Source: Macrostomum hystrix
Lineage: Eukaryota > Animalia > Platyhelminthes
Length of the DNA: 64,000 nucleotides
Reading direction: 5' to 3'
Assembly (NCBI GenBank): GCA_950097015.1
Contig: CATNEN010000008.1
Coordinates: forward strand, 4,340,001-4,404,000
Position 1 is the first letter of the stretch. The number at the start of each line of letters is the position of its first letter. This document shows, in pieces, positions 48,856 through 60,992 of the stretch. The notes beneath the pieces are model-generated. The model had not been told where the DNA came from, searched no databases, and saw only the letters and a program-made list of their open reading frames with translations. The position numbers were made by a program, and so were the translations under genes.

Positions 48856-49639
48856 CAAAAATCAGAGTGGGTGTTTGTTGCTGAGGCGGATGAAGCCAGT
48901 TCATCTTGGGTTGCTAAGCATTCCAAGTTTTTTTAGATGTCCTGGCAGACAATCGTCTTCCGACCCCAGAACGGATCAGGGATATTTTCGCTTGGGATAA
49001 TTTAGTGAAATTCTATATTTGTATTCAGAAATATTGCTTTATTTTCGAGAATTCCATCTTCTGACTCTGGATATAAGAACATGGCTGTACTTTGAAGCTT
49101 AATAGTTGTGCTTTTGATTGTAGTCGAATTCCTCATTCTCAAAATTCATAATTGAGCTGGGATCTCATCGTCCCCCGCTCCCATTTCTGCTTATCTGCTA
49201 AAAGCAATCAGATTGTAATTCGATTTCTTGTGGACAAAAAAATTTAAAGCCTTCTTTCTGGACCAACAGAAGATGTCAGTAGTTTGTTATATTATAGAAA
49301 ACTAATCAAATGTTTAACTCTATACTTACCACTGTGGGGGGGGGAGGTTCTCAACTAATTATCAACTTATTTAGCATTTTCTCAAAGTACTCGTAGATGT
49401 AAAATGATGTGAAAGTGCTTTGAGTAGGAAAAAAGAAGTAAGAAAAGAGATTGTATTCTCACTAGTTACGGACATGAACTAGCATTTTTATCTGCTTCAT
49501 TATCTCTATTCAAATTTACTTCAAAGCAGGCATATACCAGTCCATAAGCTAGTTCTTTATCTGTAACATTAGGGGAATTTCAATTTCCCCAATTTTTACA
49601 ACTCAGGAAGTAAGTGGAAGGGCGCGTTTGCCTCTCGCA

Positions 49640-50190
49640 AATTTCTCATCCCTCAAATTTCGCATCCCCCAAAATTCACATCCCTCAAATTACCCATTCC
49701 CAATTTTCACATCGCCCCAAATTTCTCATCCCCAAATTTCACTTCCCCCAAATTTCACATCCCCTCAAATTTCTCATCCCTAAATTTCACTTCCCCCAAA
49801 ATTCACATCCCCCAAATTTCTCATCCCCTCAAATTTCTCATCCCTAAATTTCACATCTCCAAATTTCCCATTCCCAAATTTCACATCCCCTCAAATTTCA
49901 CATCCCCTCAAATTTCACTTCCCCCAAAATTCACACCCCCCAAATTTCTCATCCCCAAAATTCACATCCCCCAAATTTCCCATTCCCAAATTTCTCATCC
50001 CCAAATTTCACATCTCCAAATTTCCCATTCCCAAATTTCACATCCTTCCAAATTTCACATCCCCTCAAATTTCACATTCCCCCAAATTTCACATTCCCAA
50101 ATTTCATATTCCCCCAAATTTCACATTCCCCCAAATTTCACATTCCCAAAAATTCCTCAAATTTCACATCCCCAAATTTCACATCTCCAA
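49640..50190. repeat. Degenerate 15-17-bp repeat CCCCAAATTTCACAT
   Basis: Imperfect tandem periodicity. Confidence 0.88.
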
Positions 50191-51024
50191 ATATATTTCG
50201 ATTGCACCCCTTAGCATGGAATCGTATGTGCAGCTAAGTAAGTCGCTCTATTAATGGCCGTTAATATATGTAGGAATGACAACGAGTTGACCGACTTGTG
50301 ATGGCGGGGGGCAGACGGGAGAGAGAGGCGAGTCCATGGGATGCACGCGAGAATGTGTGCTCAAGGTATTATGCATTTTCTCCTTTTCCCTCTCTCGCTT
50401 TCTCTCCGTTTTCTGGGATATAATCCCTGACGCACCTCCCTAAGAACAGTCTTAGTCTACCCTCCCCTCTCATAGCATGCGTTGTCCCGGAGATTGAAAC
50501 ATTTATAATCCGGCAGCAGCAGCGGCAGCAGCAGCAGCAGCTATTCTCATTCCCTGATCCCCAAACGGGATTCCCCGGGACATCCGTCTGCTCGGCTGTC
50601 CCGCAGCTGGGACACGCAAATGGAGGGAGAGTCTGAAGCGCGCCCCGGTTGTTGTATGTCAAGTAGATGGCCTGCTCAGCCTAATCTTGGTCTCTTTTAT
50701 CCCCTGAGGGAGTTGTTGTTGAGTAGCGGCTCCTCCTACTGGCTGGCACCGCGAATATGCCAGAAATAAAACAAATTTCAAACTCGAGGTATAAAACCAG
50801 AATCGAGAATCCGATGTTCTTTTAAAATTTAGCCGTTCGTATAAGAAAAAATTAAATAAAGCCAATAAATTTTATCTTTGCGACATTTTAGATAAGTTGC
50901 GAGCTACATCTAGCCTAGAAACTTTTGAAATAGCTGATTTATAAAACTCAGCGCCGATGCCGCTAAAAGCGTGTTCAAAGAAATTATTTCTTGAAAAAGT
51001 CTAATATCGAAACTTTTACGAAAC

Positions 51025-51345
51025 TTTCATCCTAAATCCCGAACTATCCTAAGTTCTAAACTATCCTAAATCCCAAACTATCCTAAATCCCGAACTATCC
51101 TAAATCCCAAACTATCCTAAATCCCGAACTATCCTAAATCCTGAACTATCCTAAATCCTGAACTATACTAAATCCTGAACCATCACAAATCCCAAAACAT
51201 CCTAAATCCCAAAGCATCCTAAATTCTGACCCATCCTTAATCACTAGCAATCATAAATCCTGAACCATCCATAATCACTAGCAATCGTAAATCCAAAGGC
51301 ATCCTCAATCCCTAGCAATTATAAATAAAAAAATCCTAAATCCTC
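51025..51345. repeat. 17-bp repeat ATCCTAAATCCCGAACT upstream of an acceptor at 51392
   Basis: Imperfect tandem periodicity. Confidence 0.85.
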
Positions 51346-51495
51346 AATAACACTAGTTGTCGAATCATTACAATCCTAAATCCAGTTTTCAGAGCTGGTC
51401 GTGAAAATTGAACAGCAAGCAGTCGCCCGAAGTCATGGTCAGGTAGCCTCACCTTCATCCACAACTCACTGAGCACAGCCTCTCCCAGTCTGACC

Positions 51496-53289
51496 ATGGA
51501 GAGCGTATTCGTGTACACGAACAAGAACTATTTCCGCCGGGCCGGCAGCCTGTTGACTCCCTGGCACCTTGACGCGAATTACAGTCGGGTTCGAGTGACT
51601 GTCAAGACCAAGAAGCTGGCCGCTACGCTCTACATTGTCGCCGAGGTCAAACCGTCCGGCTGCGCAGTTTCCGCGTTCGCATCGGCGGCCACCACGCTCA
51701 CGGCGACCATCGACAAAGGTTCGAATCTTAAAGCATTTGTGCTCAAAGTCGCAGGTCCCGACAATGAGGTTACGATAGGGGGTGAGTGGCAGAGCGGCCT
51801 AACGCGTTTGCCTCACGCACCAAGGTCCCTGAGCTCGATTCCGCGGCGAGGCCACATTTATTTTGGGCGCAGCCGCGGAGAGAAGGCTTGGGGACTTGTC
51901 GTGCAATTTACGCCCTTGAGGGCCAACCTCCAATGTTTACTACTGCCTGACGATGAGAAAATCAGGCCAGGTGTACACACCTGTGTAAGTGTGTGCTCAG
52001 GAGTCAGCGGAATGTGCAGAATTGCCTCCTCGCTGGCTGCGGGTCTGGTGTCACCAAAGGATGTGCCATAGCCAAATTAGCAAATCATGGGCAAAATAAA
52101 TTGAAATCTCAACCCATTATCAGCATCAGCAGCTCTGTCGCGGAAAAAGTCCGTGGCCGCCTTCGACAACAACCGGACGGTGTTGAAGAAGTCGATGCCT
52201 TTGAGCAGCCTGAAGGACGCCAGCCTGTCCTGCCGGGAGGTGCAGCGCACCCGAGTCTACTGCCTGACCCTGCGGCAGAGCAGCGTGCTCACTGGCGCCA
52301 CCGTGAATCTCTACCACGAGCGCCACATTGAGATCGACAAAATCTTCAGCTTCCTGCACGCTTGCCGTAGGCCTATTGGCGTCTTCTTGGACCTGTTCGA
52401 TCGCCTGCACAGCGGCCTGGGCCGCGGAAGCTGCGCCGAAGCCGGAGTAAACGACGCGGCCGCACTGGCCGACTCCGGCGGTCGCTGCTGGGTTGTGAAG
52501 CTGCTGAACAACCTGACGCTGCAGAGCCTGGGCCTCTGTCCCGACTATCTCTACGTGCTGCGCGTCTCTGCTGACAGCTTCGAACTGCAGGACGTCAATC
52601 AGTCCTGCATCCTGCCCTGCCCCCTGGTGAACATTGTGAAGTACGGCTCACTGAACGGCTGGCTCTTTCTGCAATATGCCACCTCCTCGTCGTCTGCGGG
52701 GCAGCAGGGCGGCTACCTGACGCTCCAGTGCAGTCGGGCTAGGCAGCTTCACGCACTTTTCAAGCAGCTGCTTGGCGGAAAATTCATCAGGAAATGGCCA
52801 AGCGATCCGTGTGTGCGCTCCAGCTGCCGCCGTCAGCAGCAGCAGCAGCAGCAGCAGCAGTCGCCGCACCAAGCGCGCGGCAGCAGCGTCAGACGTCGCG
52901 ACGCCTCGTTCAACGCGCACCGACCGCGTTCGCGACTTCAGATTGACGCGGCGCCTTCATCGGCTACTCCATCGCCAAGCAGGCGTCGCGGCTCGTTCGG
53001 CCGGTTCAGCTTCTTCAAGAAGCACCGGCTGAAGGAGGCCGGCTGGGCATTCGCGCATCACCAGTCTGACGTCAGCGTGGCGTCGTCCTCTTCGTCTGGT
53101 GGTGGCGACGCCGGTGTCGGTGGCGGCGTCGGAGGCGGTGGCGGCGACAGCTCAAGCGCGTCGTCCGTGGCCTCGCTGTCGCACCTGGACGAGAAGCCGA
53201 GTCGAAGGCGCTCCGTGATAAAGAGCATCCGTCGAGTATCCCGAAGTCTCAGACACCGGCGGGACAAGAGAGCGGAGGGCGCGGCGTAG
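51496..53289 (+). CDS. Divergent PH-like + IRS-type PTB domain adaptor-like protein (DOK/IRS/FRS2 superfamily), 2 exons, about 483 aa
   Basis: join(51496-51781, 52124-53289). accATGg start, GC3-rich codons, phase-1 donor GTGAGT (51782) and acceptors CAG (52123/52129/52132). KKSMPLSS resembles the IRS PH domain. WVVKLL...LYVLRVSADSFEL...PLVNIVKYGSLNGWLFLQ resembles the IRS-PTB WPL..LRRYG..F pattern. The family call comes from motif recognition only. Confidence 0.72.
51778..52070 (+). mobile_element. tRNA-derived SINE, family A, copy 2, in the adaptor-gene intron
   Basis: Homologous to 37863-38190 with an internal deletion. The head GCGTTTGCCTCACGCACCAAGGTCCC resembles the tRNA-Val(CAC) anticodon and variable region. 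Confidence 0.85.
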
Positions 53290-53386
53290 GGGTGGCTGGA
53301 CTTCACTGAGGAGGGAAGAATGGGATAAAGACAGCATTTAATAGGCCACGGAGTTGGTGTTCGTATTTTGTGATTCTTGTTTGTAG

Positions 53387-53918
53387 ATGGGGTGGTTGTT
53401 TGTGCCTAAATGTGGTGGTAAGTTATGCCCAAATAGGATGGTTAGCTGTTATAAAATGGGGTGGCTGGCTGTGACAAAATGGGGTTGCTGGCTTTGCCTA
53501 AATGGGGCGGCTGCCTGTGACAAAATGGGGTGGCTGGCTGTGCCTAAATGGGGTGGCTGGCTGTGCCTAAATGGGGTGGCTGGCTGTGCCTAAATGGGGT
53601 GGCTGGCTGTGCCTAAATGGGGTGGCTGGCTGTGCATAAATGGGGCGGCTGGCTGTGACAAAATGGGGTGGCTGGCTGTGCCTAAATGGGGTGGCTGGCT
53701 GTGCCTAAATGGGGTGGCTGGCTGTGCATAAATGGGTTGGCTGGCTGTGCATATATGGGGTGGCTGGCTGTGCCTAAATGGGGTGGCTGGCTGTGCCTAA
53801 ATGGGGTGGCTGGCTGTGCATAAATGGGGTGGCTGGCTGTGCCTAAATGGGGTGGCTGGCTGTGCATAAATGGGTTGGCTGGCTGTGCATAAATGGGGTG
53901 GCTGGCTGTGCCTAAATG
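53387..53918. repeat. 23-bp minisatellite AAATGGGGTGGCTGGCTGTGCCT
   Basis: About 23 copies. Confidence 0.94.
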
Positions 53919-55174
53919 GGGAGTGCCAAACTATCGCGAGTGACTAATGATCAGATGTCGAGTGTCCGTGAATTGATGTGAAGTCCCAAAATGTGAGTCT
54001 ACTCATGAGTGCTCTGATGGGCTGTGAAAGCTGCTGTTGATTGATTCGCCCAGGTGGACGAACAAGTAAATTTCACGAACTGAGGAGAAGAGCAGGGAAA
54101 TAACTGTCTGCAGCAGCTTCTCAGAGTTAAGAAGCATTAGGCCCGGGGCAGTCGAATCAGTGAGTAGAGTAAGCAGCATAGACAAGGGATGAGCCGGGTC
54201 AGCAAACTGCTAAAGTGCATTCCGTTCACAACTAAAAGGAGTGTAGCTCGCTGGCTTCAGTGCAATTTCCTTCCTCTTAGTCGATGAAATTTCTAAGCTT
54301 TCAACAGTCGCTAGCAGGCGTTCCAGCGATGCAGCGACTGTACTGCCCCTTATTGAAGCAATCCGGATATTTTTCAATCCTTGTTGGCTAGCGGGGCTTC
54401 ATTATGCAGTTGCATATTTTCTTTTTCTCTCGCGTGCACTCTCCAGAAACATGTCGCGCCACCTGCTCATGCCCTCTCAAGCGGATTAATATTGCTTTTT
54501 TCGCTGTTTCTGATTGCTAGGCGATCAAAAGTGTTTGCGCGTGCGGCAAATGCGTCACCGCGTCCTCAAATGAACTCCATAATGATTTTTCCTATTCTTG
54601 TGGCACTTGCCAGTTATTAGTTATTATTTCATCGCTTGTTGCTACTATATACGAACCAGTAAACAAGAACAAAGCTTTTGACGAACACTTAAATATTGCC
54701 TAATAGGCCATCCTAAAGAGGATATTTGAAGAACATTCGGCTCACTGAAGATGCCTAATTAACTGAGGTTGAACAGGATTTGACTGCCTTCCTGCCTCAG
54801 CCGTGAGTAGGGCCCGATTCAAACTCAAATGATCCTGGTTGAGCACTTAGATGAGTTTAGTGTCTAGATTTCAGTCTTTTGAAAAACTTTTTTCAGCTCA
54901 GCATCATTCTATTTGAACAAAAAAGATGCTCACTACTCAGTGATATCTCCGTAAATAGGGTTTCTTTAGTCTGGAGAAAGAAATTTTCTTTTAAGAAAGC
55001 TTGAGTATCATTTGCAAATAAGCTTAGTGTCATGTTAACATATTCGTTACTGATTATTGTGATTTTCTTTAAAAACTTTCCTGTTTTCTGTGTATATTCG
55101 TTTGTATAAAAATTGTTTCACTGTCTTAAATATAATTAACTGAAAACTTAAGCCTAGTAGAATATGTCTTTTAT

Positions 55175-56204
55175 CTGACAGGATGAACAGTTGATGTCTG
55201 ACAGGATGGACAGTTGATATGTGACAGGAAGGACAGTTGATATGTGACAGGAAGGACAGTTGATATGTGACAGGATGGACAGTTGATATGTGACAGGATG
55301 GACAGTTGATATGTTGACAGGATGGACAGTTGATGTCTGACAGGATGGACAGTTGATGTCTGACAGGATGGACAGTTGATGTCTGACAGGATGGACAGTT
55401 GATGTCTGACAGGATGGACAGTTGATGTCTGACAGGATGGACAGTTGATATGTGACAGGATGGACAGTTGATGTCTGACAGGATGGACAGTTGATGTCTG
55501 ACAGGATGGACAGTTGATGTCTGACAGGATGGACAGTTGATGTCTGACAGGATGGACAGTTGATGTCTGACAGGATGGACAGTTGATGTCTGACAGGATG
55601 GACAGTTGATATGTGACAGGATGGACAGTTGATGTCTGACAGGATGGACAGTTGATATGTGACAAGATGGACAGTTGATATGTGACAAGATGGACAGTTG
55701 ATATGTGACAGGATGGACAGTTGATATGTGACAAGATGGACAGTTGATATGTGACAGGATGGACAGTTGATATGTGACAGGATGGACAGTTGATGTCTGA
55801 CAGGATGGACAGTTGATGTCTGACAGGATGGACAGTTGATATGTGACAGGATGGACAGTTGATGTCTGACAGGATGGACAGTTGATGTCTGACAGGATGG
55901 ACAGTTGATGTCTGACAGGATGGACAGTTGATGTCTGACAGGATGGACAGTTGATGTCTGACAGGATGGACAGTTGATGTCTGACAGGATGGACAGTTGA
56001 TGTCTGACAGGATGGACAGTTGATATGTGACAGGATGGACAGTTGATGTCTGACAGGATGGACAGTTGATGTCTGACAGGATGGACAGTTGATGTCTGAC
56101 AGGATGGACAGTTGATGTCTGACAGGATGGACAGTTGATGTCTGACAGGATGGACAGTTGATGTCTGACAGGATGGACAGTTGATGTCTGACAGGATGGA
56201 CAGT
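55175..56204. repeat. 23-bp minisatellite GACAGGATGGACAGTTGATGTCT, about 45 copies
   Basis: Direct tandem periodicity. Confidence 0.96.
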
Positions 56205-56577
56205 TAAGTTTATTTTAATGATTTTGAAAGTTTTTCTGCGAACCATGCTACAGGTAGTAGTAAGTTGCTTCTTCAATTTTCGCTGAGTGATGTTTCAGGA
56301 CCCAGGCCAAAACCAAAGCTAGCAGCCATTTCAGAAATCAATCATGAAGTCTTAAAGATACAGTAATTGACCATTTTCACAGCGTGGGTGATACATGTCA
56401 GTATGTCAGTGATGGAGCTGTGAAATATTCTCCTCTAAAAATTTTAGATTGCTTTGACAATAGAAAAACTAAAAAGAGAAATGAAATGCTAGTAAAAAAG
56501 AAAATCTACTTTGTTTGCTATCGAAAATCATGATGGCAACTTACTAAGTATAATATTCACCTGAGGAATTACCAGAA

Positions 56578-57215
56578 GAGATGGAGGAGAAGAGAGGGAG
56601 GAGAAGAGAGGGAGGAGAAGAGAGGAGGAGAAGAGAGGGAGGAGAAGAGAGGAGGAGAAGAGAGGGAGGAGAAGAGAGGGAGGAGAAGAGAGGGAGGAGA
56701 AGAGAGGGAGGAGAAGAGAGGGAGGAGAAGAGAGGGAGGAGAAGAGAGGGAGGAGAAGATGAGGGAGGAGAAGAGAGGGAGGAGAAGAGAGGGAGGAGAA
56801 GAGAGGGAGGAGAAGAGAGGGAGGAGAAGAGACGGAGGAGAAGAGAGGGAGGAGAAGAGAGGGAGGAGAAGATACGGAGGAGAAGAGAGGGAGGAGAAGA
56901 GAGGGAGGAGAAGAGAGGGAGGAGAAGAGAGGGAGGAGAAGAGAGGGAGGAGAAGAGAGGGAGGAGAAGAGAGGGAGGAGAAGAGAGGGAGGAGAAGAGA
57001 GGAGGAGAAGAGAGGGAGGAGAAGAGAGGGAGGAGAAGAGAGGGAGGAGAAGAGAGGGAGGAGAAGAGAGGGAGGAGAAGAGAGGGAGGAGAAGAGACGG
57101 GAGGAGAAGAGAGGGAGGAGAAGAGAGGGAGGAGAAGATAGGGAGGAGAAGAGAGGGAGGAGAAGAGAGGGAGGAGAAGAGAGGGAGGAGAAGAGAGGGA
57201 GGAGAAGAGAGGGAG
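56578..57215. repeat. 14-bp purine repeat GAGGGAGGAGAAGA
   Basis: Direct tandem periodicity. Confidence 0.95.
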
Positions 57216-58177
57216 GATATAGGAATGGAGACAAAGGTAGACAGTAGTTGATAAGCAGGCAAAAATGTTGACCATAAATCCGTTACGTAATTGTTTTTGA
57301 GTCATTATAAAAATATCATAAACTGATAAATTCATCAGTGAATTTCTGAGCAGATGTTTTTAAGTATTGTCGGAAACATCACAGGCACTCAGTTGATAAC
57401 TATTACAAATACAGCAGTCATTGTTCTCATATAAAGTTAAGCGCTGAGGTATAATTGCGAGCATAGTAAAATTTTATGTTATATTGCTTGAAAATAAACG
57501 AATTTTAAGTACCCGATCGGAGTGCCATGCGCCACATTTGAAATCAGTCGTGGCGAGCATAGCAACCATTTAGGTGAGTGAGTGAATGAGTGTGGGATTG
57601 CTTTTCTGTTATTTATTTGAGTTATAAATTCTGAGAACACTGGGCCGAATAGAACGCACTCATGCGGGATAAGCACTGATTTGAGTTTCTCATTGCGTGT
57701 CACGATTTAGTTTTTATTTTTTAAAAAGCCTGCACAATCTTGGCGTTCCGTCTGTCAGGCAGACAAAGGCCATGATTATTGGCGTGTAGTCTTTGTTTGA
57801 ATCAGCAAAACCGGGCTTCACAATGTCGAGGTCAAATAAGTTGTTTTCGATAAGCAGAAAGTCATGCATAGTGGGATCTGTGACAAGTTGACATTTTGCT
57901 CCCATAAATTCCCCAGCTTAAGCCAAGCAAAAAGATTGACTGACAGCTTACAACAGGTGTTACGCAATTCAATTCAATTCAACAAAGACTGCAACAAAGA
58001 TGCTTTTCTGCGTGTGCTACGAGATAATGTTAAATATGAAATGCATTCCTCTGCAATATATGATTAGAATTTGTATATTTTTACAGCAATTGAGCGTAAT
58101 TCACATTTTAAAAGGTCACAGGTCAAAAATTCCCGTTTAGGAAATCTAGGTTTTTGAAGTTGTTTTGCAAGATCTCA

Positions 58178-58672
58178 TGTATGGAAGCTGAGATCTCAAG
58201 TATGGAAGCTGAGATCTCAGGTATGGAAGCTGAGATCTCAGGTATGGAAGCTGAGATCTCAGGTATGGAAGCTGAGATCTCAGGTATGGAAGCTGAGATC
58301 TCGTGTATGGAAGCTGAGACCTCAAGTATGGAAGCTGAGATATCAAGTATGGAAGCTGAGACCTCAAGTATGGAAGCTGAGATCTCAGGTATGGAAGCTG
58401 AGATATCAGGTATGGAAGCTGAGATATCAGGTATGGAAGCTGAGATATCAGATATGGAAGCTGAGATATCAGGTATGGAAGCTGAGATATCAGGTATGGA
58501 AGCTGAGATCTCGTGTATGGAAGCTGAGACCTCAAGTATGGAAGCTGAGATATCAGGTATGGAAGCTGAGATCTCGTGTATGGAAGCTGAGACTTCAAGT
58601 ATGGAAGCTGAGATATCAGGTATGGAAGCTGAGACCTCAAGTATGGAAGCTGAGATATCAGGTATGGAAGTC
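58178..58672. repeat. 21-bp minisatellite TATGGAAGCTGAGATCTCAGG, about 24 copies
   Basis: Direct tandem periodicity. Confidence 0.95.
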
Positions 58673-59529
58673 GAGATAACTTCTAATGACTGTCTGGATC
58701 TCGTAATTTTACCTAAACTGAATTAATAAAACTATTAAATTAAGCTTAATACAGATGAAAATTTGTCACAAAAAGAATCCGATTTCATTTGATTAGATTG
58801 CGATTAGCTGATGAAAGTTTATTAAACTCTGTTTATTCAATGGTCAAACTAATGGAACCAAAATTTGATAATTTAGCGAAACGCAAAACTGTTTATCCGG
58901 TTCTTATATACCGGCCAGCGACTAATTGCAGATTGTGCTGAAGATTGATTGAATCTCTTGATAAGTGAGTGAAAGTTGTGACGCGATTGCTGCGCACCTT
59001 GCTTCATCTGTCTCCGCGTGACAAGCAAGAGTTGTCATACAAGTGTTGATCGACTATCATAAACAATGGCCTCATTGCATTTGATTTGATTTAACGGGTT
59101 TGAAATGCTCCATTGCCCGGGAGAAACTGTACGAGAATAGCTAAATAAGAATTGCAAATTAAATTTAGCCTACTAAGCTAATGAAGTCTTGACCCTATAA
59201 TCCTTCGTTATGCTAAGAAATTTTTTATAATCGTTTCCGCTGATAATCTAAACAATCGCAGATTATTAACTTCCGGCTTTGCTTGCAACAGTTTAATCTA
59301 AATTAGCTGGCAACAAGCGCGTTAACCTGGTTTGTTAGTAGATTCCAAGTTACGGATAAGATAATAGATTTGGATTTGTAGATAAACACCTATAATGCGA
59401 GTATGATTGCTACGGGGATGTGATGATGCGTCTTGTCGTTTAGATTGCGAACACGCGCGCATGTCATAGTAAATTGTGAATAATGACATCTTCGCTGACA
59501 AAGATATTAATGGAAATAAAAGTTATGAT

Positions 59530-60300
59530 AAAAGGATGAAGGGGCGGATGGAAGGGCGGATGAAGGGTCGGGTGGAAAGGGCGGATAGAATGGGTGGATG
59601 TGAGGGCCGGTTGAATGGTGGATTGAAGGGCGAATGAAGGGCGGATGAAGGGCGGACGAAGGGTCGGATGGAAGGGCGGATGAAGGGTCGGGTGGAAGGG
59701 CGGATGAAGGGTCGGATGGAAGGGCCAATGAAGGGTCGGATGGAAGGGCGGATGAAGGGTCGGGTGGAAGGGCGGATGAAGGGTCGGATGGAAGGGCGGA
59801 TGAAGGATCGGATGGAAGGGCGGACGAAGGGTCGGATGGAAGGGCGGACGAAGGGTCGGATGGAAGGGCGGATGAAGGGTCGGATGGAAGGGCGGACGAA
59901 GGGTCGGATGGAAGGGCGGACGAAGGGTCGGATGGAAGGGCGGATGAAGGGTCGGATGGAAGGGCGGATGAAGGGTCGGGTGGAAGGGCGGATGAAGGGT
60001 CAGATGGAAGGGCCGATGAAGGGTCGGATGGAAGGGCGGATGAAGGGTCGGGTGGAAGGGCGGATGAAGGGTCAGATGGAAGGGCGGATGAAGGGTCGGA
60101 TGGAAGGGCGGATGAAGGGTCGGATGGAAGGGCGGATGAAGGGTCGGATGGAAGGGCGGATGAAGGGTCGGATGGAAGGGCGGATGAAGGGTCGGATGGA
60201 AGGGCGGATGAAGGGTCAGATGGAAGGGCGGATGAAGGGTCGGATGGAAGGGCGGATGGAAGGGCCGTTGGAAAGGTCGGATGGAATGGGTGGATGTGAG
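59530..60300. repeat. 24-bp (12+12) minisatellite GAAGGGTCGGATGGAAGGGCGGAT
   Basis: Direct tandem periodicity. Confidence 0.95.
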
Positions 60301-60644
60301 GGCGGATGTTAAGGGAGTATGTACGGATGTAATAGGCAGATGAAAATTCAGTTGCTTAAATTTGATCGTAAGCAGACGAAAAACATGTCGGAACTGCCCG
60401 TATGTAGTGGGTCTCTATCGGGAAGTTAATACGGATGCGCATCACACGATCACATCACATCACACGATCTTTTTCACTGCTGATGACAGTGTAAACGACA
60501 GTTGCATTGTGGCCGGAACATTATCTGCGCAACAACGAGGATGCACTATGTCACAAGGATGTTCATCTTCAAATAATTTCCAGTCCAGCTTCCGCTTCGT
60601 TTATAACAATTTATTACGAATTTGATTATCAAGGCACCTAACTG

Positions 60645-60992
60645 CACGCCTCCCGAACTAAAATCTGAAATTTCACTGACTGCTCTCACAAGACCCGAAC
60701 TAAAATCTGAAACTTCACTGACTGCTCTCACAGACCCGAATTAAAATCTGAAACTTCACCGACTGCTCTCACAAACCCGAATTAAAATCTGAAATTTCAC
60801 TGACTGCTCTCACAAACCCGAATTAAAATCTGAAACTTCACCGACTGCTCTCACAGACCCGAATTAAAATCTGAAATTTCACTGACTGCTCTCACAAACC
60901 CGAATTAAAATCTGAAATTTCACTGACTGCTCTCACAAACCCGAATTAGAATCTGAAATTTCACTGACTGCTCTCACAAACCCGAATTAGAA
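60645..60992. repeat. 40-41-bp minisatellite CCCGAATTAAAATCTGAAATTTCACTGACTGCTCTCACAAA, about 8 copies
   Basis: Direct tandem periodicity. Confidence 0.93.

Noticed and set aside
51496-52071. Single-exon 191-aa protein
   Set aside because: The part after 51781 is SINE sequence shared with 37863-38190, and codon bias drops there.
58146-60312. MEAEISG and MEGRMKGR repeat ORFs as coiled-coil or RG-rich proteins
   Set aside because: They are confined to minisatellite arrays, with no flanking unique coding sequence or splice support.
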